This document shows positions 1-11,024 of a stretch of 64,000 nucleotides of DNA, piece after piece (within the stretch, counting starts at the first letter, position 1; every line of letters begins with the position of its first letter). The position numbers were made by a program, and so were the translations under genes. A model generated the notes under the pieces. It was not told the DNA's origin and did not search any database. It saw only the letters and a list, made by a program, of their open reading frames with translations. The DNA lies in assembly GCF_001194135.2 (NCBI RefSeq), contig NC_068981.1, positions 76,680,756-76,744,755 on the forward strand. The letters are read 5' to 3'. The DNA is from Octopus bimaculoides. Lineage: Eukaryota.

Positions 1-260
1 AGTTTGGTAGGCGGAAACTGAAGGAAGTCGCCGTATGATTATACCTTTGTGCGTGTGTCTTTGTATCTTTGATTCTGTCCCACCACCGCTTGAAAACCGC
101 TGTTGGCGTATTTACGTCCGCCTAACATAGCGGTTTGGCAAAAGAGAACCTAGTAGAATAGTTAACAGGCTTAGAAAAATAAATACTAGGGTCGATTCGT
201 TCGACGAAAATCCTCCAAGGCGGGTGGTGACCCAGCATGTCCACAGTCTCACGACTGAAC
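1..260 (+). mobile_element. tRNA-derived SINE (family A/B), partial: end of head module plus 3' body
   Basis: Contains 'tttggtaggcggaaactgaaggaag', then 'caccaccgcttgaaaaccgctgttggcgtatttacgtcc...gggtcgattcgttcgac...cagcatgtccacagtc'. This matches the fuller copies at 32215-32626 and 60920-61335 (reverse strand). Confidence 0.8.
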
Positions 261-269
261 ATTTTTGCA

Positions 270-305
<36 letters not shown>

Positions 306-1134
306 ACGTATACATCCAACCACGTGCTTTCACATACCAACTTTCTCACCTATATATATATATNNNNNNNNNNNNNNNNNNNNNNNNNNNNNNNNNNNNN
401 NNNNNNNNNNNNNNNNNNNNNNNNNNNNNNNNNNNNNNNNNNNNNNNNNNNNNNNNNNNNNNNNNNNNNNNNNNNNNNNNNNNNNNNNNNNNNNNNNNNN
501 NNNNNNNNNNNNNNNNNNNNNNNNNNNNNNNNNNNNNNNNNNNNNNNNNNNNNNNNNNNNNNNNNNNNNNNNNNNNNNNNNNNNNNNNNNNNNNNNNNNN
601 NNNNNNNNNNNNNNNNNNNNNNNNNNNNNNNNNNNNNNNNNNNNNNNNNNNNNNNNNNNNNNNNNNNNNNNNNNNNNNNNNNNNNNNNNNNNNNNNNNNN
701 NNNNNNNNNNNNNNNNNNNNNNNNNNNNNNNNNNNNNNNNNNNNNNNNNNNNNNNNNNNNNNNNNNNNNNNNNNNNNNNNNNNNNNNNNNNNNNNNNNNN
801 NNNNNNNNNNNNNNNNNNNNNNNNNNNNNNNNNNNNNNNNNNNNNNNNNNNNNNNNNNNNNNNNNNNNNNNNNNNNNNNNNNNNNNNNNNNNNNNNNNNN
901 NNNNNNNNNNNNNNNNNNNNNNNNNNNNNNNNNNNNNNNNNNNNNNNNNNNNNNNNNNNNNNNNNNNNNNNNNNNNNNNNNNNNNNNNNNNNNNNNNNNN
1001 NNNNNNNNNNNNNNNNNNNNNNNNNNNNNNNNNNNNNNNNNNNNNNNNNNNNNNNNNNNNNNNNNNNNNNNNNNNNNNNNNNNNNNNNNNNNNNNNNNNN
1101 NNNNNNNNNNNNNNNNNNNNNNNNNNNNNNNNNN

Positions 1135-1171
<37 letters not shown>

Positions 1172-1188
1172 GAATAATAATAATAATA

Positions 1189-1222
<34 letters not shown>
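1135..1222. repeat. (AAT)n microsatellite
   Basis: Direct reading; begins at a gap edge. Confidence 0.95.
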
Positions 1223-1224
<2 letters not shown>

Positions 1225-1370
1225 TCGAAAAATACCTTGGGAATGAGAACCCAGGTTCGAAATTTCCCCAAGACACCTGATGAAGTCTGGAGGGTATATC
1301 AGCTGAAATGTTGTGTTAATAACAAACAAGATGATGACAAATATCTGTAAATGTAAATAATGTAAATATG
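1223..1370 (+). mobile_element. Short Penelope-pLTR/retrozyme-like repeat unit carrying a hammerhead motif
   Basis: About 150 bp non-microsatellite unit between (AAT)n and (TG)n. It holds the hammerhead core and ends in short tandem 'tgtaaat(aa)' repeats. Confidence 0.55.
1272..1317 (+). ncRNA. Minimal type I hammerhead ribozyme motif (slightly decayed)
   Basis: GACAC-CTGATGA-A-GTCTG(gagggtatat)CAGCT-GAAA-TGTT-GTGTT. Stem I GACAC/GTGTT, intact CUGAUGA and GAAA cores, stem II with one mismatch and one G-U pair, minimal stem III. Confidence 0.65.
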
Positions 1371-1434
1371 TGTGCGTGTGTCTGTGTGTGTGTGTGTGTC
1401 TGTGTGTGTGCGCGGGTGGTTGTGTGTGAGTGTG

Positions 1435-2255
1435 TATTGGGTCATCTCATAAATGATGCGGTGTTTTCAATTGCACGAACTAAAAGTCAGAGGGGGACGG
1501 GATAAAACTACCTACATCAATTTGCTATAAAAGCAGATAGTAATTTTACCTTGTACTTATTCTTAGTGCAAGTTTTGAAGGGTGCAGTTTGATTTTAGCA
1601 GTTATTTTTTTCAAAGCTGTAATGAAAGTGACAAAGATGCATATCCGGCATATTTTGTTTTATGCGTTTAATAAAGGCAACGACGCAACGGAAAGTGTGA
1701 GGAATATTAATACGGGGATCAGACAATAAGCGTAAGCCAGCATCAACAGTGGTTCCAGAAATTCCAAGCCGGAAACTACAGCCGAGGTGACGAGCCACGT
1801 TCTGTAAGATCTGTAGAGCTTGACGAGGAGGTCCTGGAAAACTCTGGTGGAACAAAATCCCATCGTATTAGTTGAGGGACTAGCACAGAAGCTTGGATTT
1901 GGTTATTCAATCATTTATCGACAGATACGTGCTATCGCAAGAGTCAGCAACTTAGGTCAATGTGTTCCTGACAAACTTCCCGAGTCTAATCGCGCGTAGA
2001 GAGTAAATGTATGCTCTACTTTGCTGTGACATCTCACGAATGAACCTTTTTTTGGCCCGAATAAGTGACTGGTGACGAGAAATGGGTTCTCTATAAAAAT
2101 GTCAAGCGTCCAAGACAGTGGGTAGGGAAAGGAGAAACACCAACATCTTAGGTTAAAGAAGTTCTTCACCCACGTAAGGTGTTGTTATGTGTTGGTGGGA
2201 CATGAAAGGGTTAGTCCACTTTCAACTTTTAAACCAAAACCAAACGATAACTATC
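1435..2255 (+). mobile_element. mariner (DD34D-type) DNA transposon, 3'-truncated, with pseudogenised transposase
   Basis: TA followed by a TIR-like 'ttgggtcatctcataaatgatgcggtg' at 1437 (resembles the Hsmar1-type TIR). The reading from ATG 1622 gives MKVTKMHIRHILFYAFNKGNDATESVRNIN, WFQKFQAGNYS, CVPDKL (WVPHEL-like) and VTGDEKWVLYKN at about 2065, with stops and frameshifts. Confidence 0.9.
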
Positions 2256-2868
2256 TCTACGTGTATAGTTTTCCCGGGGATAACACGGATAACTCACATC
2301 CATTAACTTACGCGTCTTACAGCTAGAAGGAACCGTGCATGCAGAGTTGCGTGCCAATGCAAAATGTTCATATATATATATATATATATANNNNNNNNNN
2401 ATACGCACACATCCCCACCCCCATACAAAAGAAAACACGTGGGGTTCAAACTTCGCAACAACTGTTTCGGTAACATTTTTATTGATGTGCTATTAGATCA
2501 CATCAAAGCAACAATACACCATGGTCAAGTAAATTTTAAACATGTAAATAGGTAAATTAGAAATAGAAAATTACTAGCTCGATTCTGGAGCTTGTCATCT
2601 TCTGTTTCTGCTTTATCTGCTTATATTTTTGAAATTCACCTCCCGAGGGCCGCTTGTTGCCATAATGTAATCTAACAATACTTCAGTTAAATGCTGCTGA
2701 AACAGTTGTGAATTTTGACTCTCAATAGTGTCCTTCTAGGATCCATCCCTGTGTTGGATCTACGGTTTATTTTGGATTTGGTACCAATGTGTATGTGTAT
2801 CTATCGATGCGTGTATATACATATACATATGTTTGATGTTTATGTGTGTGTGTTTATGTATGTGTATG

Positions 2869-2873
<5 letters not shown>

Positions 2874-2961
<88 letters not shown>
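2874..2961. repeat. (TA)n microsatellite
   Basis: Direct reading. Confidence 0.95.
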
Positions 2962-2965
<4 letters not shown>

Positions 2966-2976
2966 ATACATACATA

Positions 2977-3483
2977 CATTAATACCACACTTTACGAGAT
3001 CTCGCTTAGCAAAACTCCGGGTTTACAAGTTTTATTTTATAATAAATATAAACTTTGAAAGAAGTGTGAACGTTTTTACTGCCATAACAAATGCTTCTGT
3101 GAGCGAAGAAAAGCTTCTTCTAAGCAAACAACTTTTGACTTGCTAGTTAAAATGAAATCTACAAGTCCGTCTACGAGTGTTTGTGAATCGGCTATCGCGT
3201 CTACAAGTGATGGTGTACGCGAGTCTAGTCCGAGTGGAAGGGATTCATAAAACGAATATAATATTTTTATTATAAATGATCTTGATAGTCTTTATACTTT
3301 ACATAAAACACTTTGCATTCTACTGTTGTTCTATTGCCCTTCATTTACGAGTATTATAAATTTTACAGGTAAAATGTTTTGCTGGGAGGGAATTATGATT
3401 TATAACATTACTACTATGGGAAATTATTGCTCTACTTCACAAGTATTTGCTTTACGAGCGGTTTCCGTGAACAAATTAGCTCG

Positions 3484-3485
<2 letters not shown>
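2977..3485. mobile_element. pogo/Tigger-like non-autonomous element (MITE)
   Basis: Starts TA|cattaataccacactttacgag (Tigger-type CAGT..TACC.C..TTTACG terminus) and ends 'tttacgagcggtttccgtgaacaaattagctcgta'. The last part of the right TIR runs into (GATA)n. Confidence 0.55.
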
Positions 3486-3525
<40 letters not shown>

Positions 3526-3585
3526 CATACATACATACATACATACACACATACATACATACATTCATACACATATACATACATA
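3484..3585. repeat. (GATA)n/(CATA)n compound microsatellite
   Basis: Direct reading. Confidence 0.9.
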
Positions 3586-3959
3586 GATGACTGTGTCTAA
3601 ATGTATATACATAGAGTATACTACCAACAAGTGACAACTAAGAGTTGCTTCAACGTAATATATGCGCAGTAACCGGCCAGTTCTGCTGCCCTACATGTGG
3701 ATAAATCTAGACGTTAACGAAACGAAATTTCATCCCACGCACTGAGAACTGAGTACAAATCTCGACGAGATCTCATTGTCTTCAATTATTTCGAGGTCGA
3801 TAAATAAATTACTCACCCAAGGTGATGGATTGGCGAAATTGTTAGGTGGTCAGCATTTTTGCTTTCTGATAACTGAAATCTTCCGTATCGTGGAGATTTG
3901 AAAACATGGATAACACCCAGTCTAGCTCAAAATCTTTTCTCCACACATGCACCGTTAGC

Positions 3960-5190
3960 GTTGACAAATGAAGGCCTTTTTAAATAATATTTTCTGTCTT
4001 GGTGTACCCTATCAAAGTTGCTACGCTAAGATAACATTGCTGTGTGGCATGCCTCAGGTGCAGGTAGTGACTAATAACCATTTTGGAGTAGCTGATGATG
4101 TTGTGGGTGATATCTACCTCATTACTATAGTAAAGCCAATATTTTCTCTCAAAACGTGGAGATTTGGTGGTATCTTTGTCCCTGTCGTTTTATTATGTAT
4201 TTAGTATCTATGTCCTGTTCCTGGATGACGATGGCATATCCTTCTAAGAGGTATTTAATGCATCTATCACAGGTCCTTGAGAGGCAACTCTTCCTGCCAA
4301 TGCTGTTGTTACACTATCACTTGCAGGATATGTACCCGTGCATTGTTTTTTACTGTTGTGATGTCTACTTCTCCTCCAAGCTTCAGTTTATGAAGGCCAA
4401 TCCAGCCTCTCTTAGTTCACATGAGACAGTTGTATGCTCAGAGTATCTTCACAGTAGTTATTCTCCAATTCTGAAGATGCTGTTGATCTCACTTCTGAGC
4501 ATGCATGGGAATTACACGTTTCTTTCTTTACAGCAGGTGTTGCCTGAGTGACACAATGCGACATTCAAAAGCTATTTGGAATTACCTTAAGCCTCTACTG
4601 CCATCACTGCGTCTCACATAACCCCACCCCCCATCGTTGTCGTTGTTAATGTGGAATTTATCGGTGGTGGTCTGTACCTTTCTGGTTTTGATGTCGAGGC
4701 TGCGATTCTCGTCGAGTATCCAGTCCAGTATCCCAAACGTTGCTACTACCTCTGACACTGCAAAAGAATTGTGAGATATGATCTTGTTAAATGCAGTCAT
4801 CTATGAGTTCCGTGTTTTCCGCAATTTACAGAAATACTCTTTTGTTAATCTGGCTTCAGTCACAGCACCAACCTATGCAACATTTTCATCGATTCCAAGA
4901 TACTTGTAGCTTTCGTCATTAGAGATAGGGGGAAGAGAGACAAGCCATTGCGGTACATGTTCTCTGTCTGGTCGTCAATCTTTCCGCAGTTGACTATCAT
5001 GTATGAGTATTTATCTTACAAAAATACCAATTCAATGTTTCGTGAGAATGTTGTGACTGGCTCTAATTATCTCTTGATGTGGAGCATGTTGCCAGAATAT
5101 AACTTTAGTTTATCACGAAAGTATGTGTGGGTAACATTGATTTTATTCTTTTCTGAATATCTCAGCATGTAGCATTGGCATTTTATCGAC
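3960..5190 (-). pseudogene. R4/Dong-clade non-LTR retrotransposon remnant: RT C-terminal half to zinc-knuckle region
   Basis: Minus-strand peptides KINVTHTYFRDKLKLY (YMDDLKLY-like), DESYKYLGIDE, FNKIISHNSFAV..TFGILDW...LDIKTR, RRSDGSRGL, EGYAIVIQEQDIDTKY and DITHNIISYSKM...HLRH, with many stops and frameshifts. Confidence 0.85.
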
Positions 5191-6845
5191 AGGGCTGACA
5201 TAATGTAAACATTATGGCTCTCCATATTTGTATTAATTTGTGAATACACAATTGTATTATGCTGTACTTACGCATTAAATTAAATGAATGCGCATAATTT
5301 CATGCATACTGAAATTAACACTACATGAATGAGATTCCGAAATGGCTGTAATACTATGGAAGTCATGTGGTTAAATAGATATATATTCACTTCTCATACC
5401 TCCTGTCTTTACGTCTTTATGCATGTATGTGTATGTCTCTGTGTGTACATGTGTGCGTGTGTGTGCGTGTGTGTATGTGTGCGTGTGTGTATGTAAGAAT
5501 GTATATACATATCTACATTTTATATGTATGTGTGCTGCTAGTGTGTTTGTATTTGGTGGGGGGGGAGCATTTTCATATTTTAAGATGGTAGCAGTGTTTT
5601 GAGAACAAAAATTACTGTTATATCTAATAGATGACGAACCTTGAAGCTGGCGTTCTGTCATTTGCTATAAATAAACTTTAGAGCTGTCGTGTCCTCTCAG
5701 TTCATTAGTAGTCGATAAATTACAATGAAATACTTTACTGTCATGGCAATCATGTCACTTGTATATCACGAGCTATATTATTGAATAATAGTGTTAGAAA
5801 GAAATAGTGTTAGAAAGAAATAGTGCTAGCATCAGCGGAATTGTTGTGCGTTGAGCAAATTCTGAAATATTTGTGGATAGAAGCGTTTGGTCTTGAAGGG
5901 AGTGCCTGAAAAAAGTACAAAGGACCTGTTATTTTATTCTCGTGTATTTCAGACAAATAGAAAAACTAAATGAAAGATATAAAATAATATAAAACCACAG
6001 CATATTTTGAATGCACTTGTTTTACTCCATTTCTTATTTAACACATTATATATGGTATAATTTCATATAATATTCTCATTTTAATAACTAAAAATATTGT
6101 TCATGTTATATGAATTCAGTAAACTCCAAATTATGTGAAATAATTCACTTTTAACGATTGAACTCTAAGCAGATACGGTTGTATATCATAGTGTGTAAAT
6201 ATTATATTAAAAAACCTTTTAAAAAAACCATCGGAGCCATCGGAATTTTCTATAAAATGCATTTTTAAATTCAATATTTACAAAGCATTATTTATAGCTT
6301 CATCTACTTAGAATTCAACTGTTAGAAACAATATATTTCTAAGAATTACTATACTGTCGGTAAATAGTGGAAATAGCTCAACTGAGAGAGTGTTAGCCTC
6401 AAGATTTAGTGATTCCTGGTCAGTAGTTAGATAAGGTTTGTTCTAAATATTATTGAATTTTATTTCACGAAATTTCTATAATCTGACTTATATAATGAGC
6501 GTGACAAAGATTAAGGTTTCCATCACTTACACACAACAGATTACATTTAACATTTGAAATATAAAGGAAAAAATTAAAAAGCAACTCAGCAGAATTTATC
6601 GGAAAAAATAGGCAAAAAAATAAAATTTTATTTGATACATCAGAAAACTTCCACCTGGACTCAATTGGTTGCACGCAACAAATCGAGGTGTTAAATTGTG
6701 AAATTAGTAAATATAATTTATCGACGCATAAGTTATCATTATAACATATTGTATGTGCACGTGTGAACTCGCGAATACGTACATACATACGTACGTACAT
6801 ACATACATACATACATACATACATACATACATGCATACATACATG

Positions 6846-7221
6846 TTGGCACTCCATCGCTTACGACGACGTGGGTTTCAGTTGATCCGATCAACGGAAC
6901 AGCCTGCTCGTGAAATTAACGTGCAAGTGGCTGAGCACTCCACAGACACGTGTACCCTTAACGTAGTTGTCGGGGATATTCAGCGAGACACAGTGTGACA
7001 AGGCTGACCCTTTGAATTAGAGGCACAAGAGAAACAGGAAGTAAGAATGAGAGAAAGTTGTGGTGAAATAGTACAGCAGGGTTCGCCACCACCCCTTGCA
7101 GGAGCCTCGTGGAGTTTTAGGTGTTTTCGCTCAATAAATACTCACAACACCCGGTCTGGGAATCGAGACCGCGATCCTATGACCGCGAGTCCGCTGCCAT
7201 AACCACTGGGCCATTGCACCT

Positions 7222-7223
<2 letters not shown>
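6846..7223 (-). mobile_element. tRNA-derived SINE (family D, possibly Octopus OR-type), full length
   Basis: Reverse complement begins ggaggtgcaaTGGCCCAGTGG (A box)...GGTCTCGATTCC (B box) with a TCG anticodon-like loop. The body matches the + copy at 35891-36210. Confidence 0.85.
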
Positions 7224-7262
<39 letters not shown>

Positions 7263-7263
<1 letters not shown>

Positions 7264-7610
7264 GAAGGAAATGGAAAATGGAGACAAACACAAGATGGTA
7301 CTTAAATCATTTATATCACCGACATATATGTTTTGATGTATACATTAAAATTAATCCGGGAGGAAAATAAGGTGGAATATTGTATCAATCTCATCAGAGA
7401 GGAGATTATAACTAACAGTGTTCATTAATAAGTCGTTTATACATTTGTAAAAATGGCTTGTTAATTTCTTCCCTGATGAGATTGATACATTATTCCACCT
7501 TATTTTACCTCCACGATTAATTTTAATGTATCCATCGAAACATATATATCGGTGATATAAATGATTTAAATAATATCTTGTACGTGTCTCTCCATTTTCC
7601 ATTTCCCTTA
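7263..7610. mobile_element. Fold-back/MITE-like element with about 150 bp inverted arms
   Basis: 7267-7415 'ggaaatggaaaatggagac...ttaaatcatttatatcaccgacatatatgttt...aaaataaggtggaatattgtatcaatctcatcag' is the reverse complement of about 7460-7607. The spacer is about 45 bp. Confidence 0.8.
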
Positions 7611-7739
7611 TGCTCCCAAAAACACGTCTCAATTCTCCTTGGAATTATTACCCATGTATGTGTGGTTACTAATATCTTAAGTGCTTATGCGACATTTGCC
7701 AACCCTGGTAACTATTTCTCCGGATCTTTCCTCGTTAAT

Positions 7740-7781
<42 letters not shown>

Positions 7782-8869
7782 NNNNNNNNNNNNNNNNNNN
7801 NNNNNNNNNNNNNNNNNNNNNNNNNNNNNNNNNNNNNNNNNNNNNNNNNNNNNNNNNNNNNNNNNNNNNNNNNNNNNNNNNNNNNNNNNNNNNNNNNNNN
7901 NNNNNNNNNNNNNNNNNNNNNNNNNNNNNNNNNNNNNNNNNNNNNNNNNNNNNNNNNNNNNNNNNNNNNNNNNNNNNNNNNNNNNNNNNNNNNNNNNNNN
8001 NNNNNNNNNNNNNNNNNNNNNNNNNNNNNNNNNNNNNNNNNNNNNNNNNNNNNNNNNNNNNNNNNNNNNNNNNNNNNNNNNNNNNNNNNNNNNNNNNNNN
8101 NNNNNNNNNNNNNNNNNNNNNNNNNNNNNNNNNNNNNNNNNNNNNNNNNNNNNNNNNNNNNNNNNNNNNNNNNNNNNNNNNNNNNNNNNNNNNNNNNNNN
8201 NNNNNNNNNNNNNNNNNNNNNNNNNNNNNNNNNNNNNNNNNNNNNNNNNNNNNNNNNNNNNNNNNNNNNNNNNNNNNNNNNNNNNNNNNNNNNNNNNNNN
8301 NNNNNNNNNNNNNNNNNNNNNNNNNNNNNNNNNNNNNNNNNNNNNNNNNNNNNNNNNNNNNNNNNNNNNNNNNNNNNNNNNNNNNNNNNNNNNNNNNNNN
8401 NNNNNNNNNNNNNNNNNNNNNNNNNNNNNNNNNNNNNNNNNNNNNNNNNNNNNNNNNNNNNNNNNNNNNNNNNNNNNNNNNNNNNNNNNNNNNNNNNNNN
8501 NNNNNNNNNNNNNNNNNNNNNNNNNNNNNNNNNNNNNNNNNNNNNNNNNNNNNNNNNNNNNNNNNNNNNNNNNNNNNNNNNNNNNNNNNNNNNNNNNNNN
8601 NNNNNNNNNNNNNNNNNNNNNNNNNNNNNNNNNNNNNNNNNNNNNNNNNNNNNNNNNNNNNNNNNNNNNNNNNNNNNNNNNNNNNNNNNNNNNNNNNNNN
8701 NNNNNNNNNNNNNNNNNNNNNNNNNNNNNNNNNNNNNNAGTGTATATATTATACAAATATATATATAAGAAACAAGTTTAAAATATTGCCCCTACTTCTA
8801 CTAGATGACTCCTATACTTCTATATATATATAATTGCTTCCATTCCTTTGTAACTTGTGTCTTCCGCTG

Positions 8870-10029
8870 TTCTATATTCTACAACATTTTGGGGTCATTG
8901 CTGCATTTTTTGCTAACTCTGTATAGTCTTTGTTTCAGAAAATAATAATGGTAGGCGCTCAGCTTACTCAGGAAATGAAGAGGCATGCGGCTATTGTGGT
9001 TATAAAGTCTGAACATACCGATTTAGAAATATCACGATTTTTAAAAGTTGCCAGATCTTTCGTCTACAAAGTTTGTAAGGATCTACAGACTGGAGATGGA
9101 AAGGAATCACCAGTATCAAAGCATAAAAAAGCATTCTAAACACCTGAATTTATCCAACAAGTTCAAAAGACCATTGATTACAAAGCCAGTGTGTCCATGA
9201 GGTCAATTGCAAACGGTCTCCATGTGTCAGAAGGAACAGTCAGAAATATTGTCCACGAAGTCATCAGATATAAGCCTTATATGCTGAAGGATGGTCAATT
9301 TGTCAGAAAAGCAAAAAAGAACTACTACATCAGATCAATAAGGCTCTTAAACAAACTGAAAAATCTAGCAGAAGTTTGATTTGGTTTTTCTCAAATGACA
9401 AAAACATCGACCAACATCAAAACGTTAACAGAAGAATAGACAGATGGTTATGTGCAGACTCTTCTGAAATTCCAAGTGTTAAGCATACAATATTTCCTGC
9501 AATTAGTCATAGTTTTAGGGGTTGTCAGCAATCAAGAACATGTGATGCTTCCTTACTTCTTTCCGCAAAACCATCGAGTTAACTCTGCTGCCTACATTGA
9601 GATCCTGGAAATAATTGTTAACTCCTGAATAAACACTGTATGCAATGGAAGGTCATATGTGTTTCCATAAGTCTCTGCACAATCACACATGGCTCTAGTA
9701 ACACCAGAATGGATGGTTGAAAATTTTCATGATCGCATAACCCATAATATTTGGCCTCCTAATTCCCCAGATCTCAATACATTGGACTACTACATGTGGA
9801 GAGTTGTTGAGAGAGAGGTCAATGAACACGCCCCTAACACCTAAGATTCTTTGAAAGCTGCCATAGTCAGAGTAATGTCCAACATTAACCAGGACCACTT
9901 GATTCGAGCATGTAGATGATGTAGATCTCATATAGAAGCAGGTGTTGAAACTGAGGGTGGCTTTATTGTTTATCCTCATAGCATTTTTTGATAAACATAA
10001 ATATCTCCTCAAATATCTTAAGCACCCTG
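8870..10029 (+). mobile_element. Tc1/mariner-superfamily DD37D (maT/mori-like) element, near-full-length pseudogenised transposase
   Basis: Peptides MVGAQLTQEMKRHAAIVVIK, WFFSNDKN (first D region), RRIDRWLC, YVFP*VSAQSH and WPPNSPDLNTLDYYMW. There are 37 residues between the second catalytic position (now Val, gtc) and the third D. The 3' end is 'gcaccctg|TA'; the 5' TIR was not found. Confidence 0.88.
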
Positions 10030-10932
10030 TATATATATATATATATATATATAATTATTATTATATGATCGAACGCCACGCATCCTTTTCCAAGTAAGTT
10101 TTATCTTAATAATTACAATCNNNNNNNNNNNNNNNNNNNNNNNNNNNNNNNNNNNNNNNNNNNNNNNNNNNNNNNNNNNNNNNNNNNNNNNNNNNNNNNN
10201 NNNNNNNNNNNNNNNNNNNNNNNNNNNNNNNNNNNNNNNNNNNNNNNNNNNNNNNNNNNNNNNNNNNNNNNNNNNNNNNNNNNNNNNNNNNNNNNNNNNN
10301 NNNNNNNNNNNNNNNNNNNNNNNNNNNNNNNNNNNNNNNNNNNNNNNNNNNNNNNNNNNNNNNNNNNNNNNNNNNNNNNNNNNNNNNNNNNNNNNNNNNN
10401 NNNNNNNNNNNNNNNNNNNNNNNNNNNNNNNNNNNNNNNNNNNNNNNNNNNNNNNNNNNNNNNNNNNNNNNNNNNNNNNNNNNNNNNNNNNNNNNNNNNN
10501 NNNNNNNNNNNNNNNNNNNNNNNNNNNNNNNNNNNNNNNNNNNNNNNNNNNNNNNNNNNNNNNNNNNNNNNNNNNNNNNNNNNNNNNNNNNNNNNNNNNN
10601 NNNNNNNNNNNNNNNNNNNNNNNNNNNNNNNNNNNNNNNNNNNNNNNNNNNNNNNNNNNNNNNNNNNNNNNNNNNNNNNNNNNNNNATGTATACATATAG
10701 CTGTAGGTATGTAAATATATGTATGGATATATGCATATATATATATATATATATATAATTATTATTATATGATCGAACGCCACGCATCCTTTTCCAAGTA
10801 AGTTTTATCTTAATAATTACAATCCGCACTCTACTGCTATTTCTTCCTTGTCTGTCTCTCACCCTCTCTTGTTCTTCTTCCTTTCTGTTTTTCTCTCCCA
10901 CCCTTTCCCTGTTCTTCTCTCTCTTTCACCGT

Positions 10933-10935
<3 letters not shown>

Positions 10936-11008
<73 letters not shown>
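10936..11008. repeat. (CT)n microsatellite
   Basis: Direct reading. Confidence 0.95.
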
Positions 11009-11010
<2 letters not shown>

Positions 11011-11024
11011 TCACTCTTCCTCCT

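Noticed and set aside
4472-4510. CTGAAGA-TGCT...AGCA
   Set aside because: No GAAA, and it lies antisense within R4 RT coding sequence; a chance match.
7150-7223. tRNA genes at SINE heads (also 18894, 44780-44852 and the A heads)
   Set aside because: A and B boxes are present but there is no complete cloverleaf, and each continues into a SINE body.
10031-10823. About 85 bp exact duplication ('tatataattattattatatgatcgaacgccacgc...aattacaatc') on both sides of a gap
   Set aside because: Identical copies flanking an N-run are most simply a scaffolding overlap artefact; long reads would be needed to call it real.
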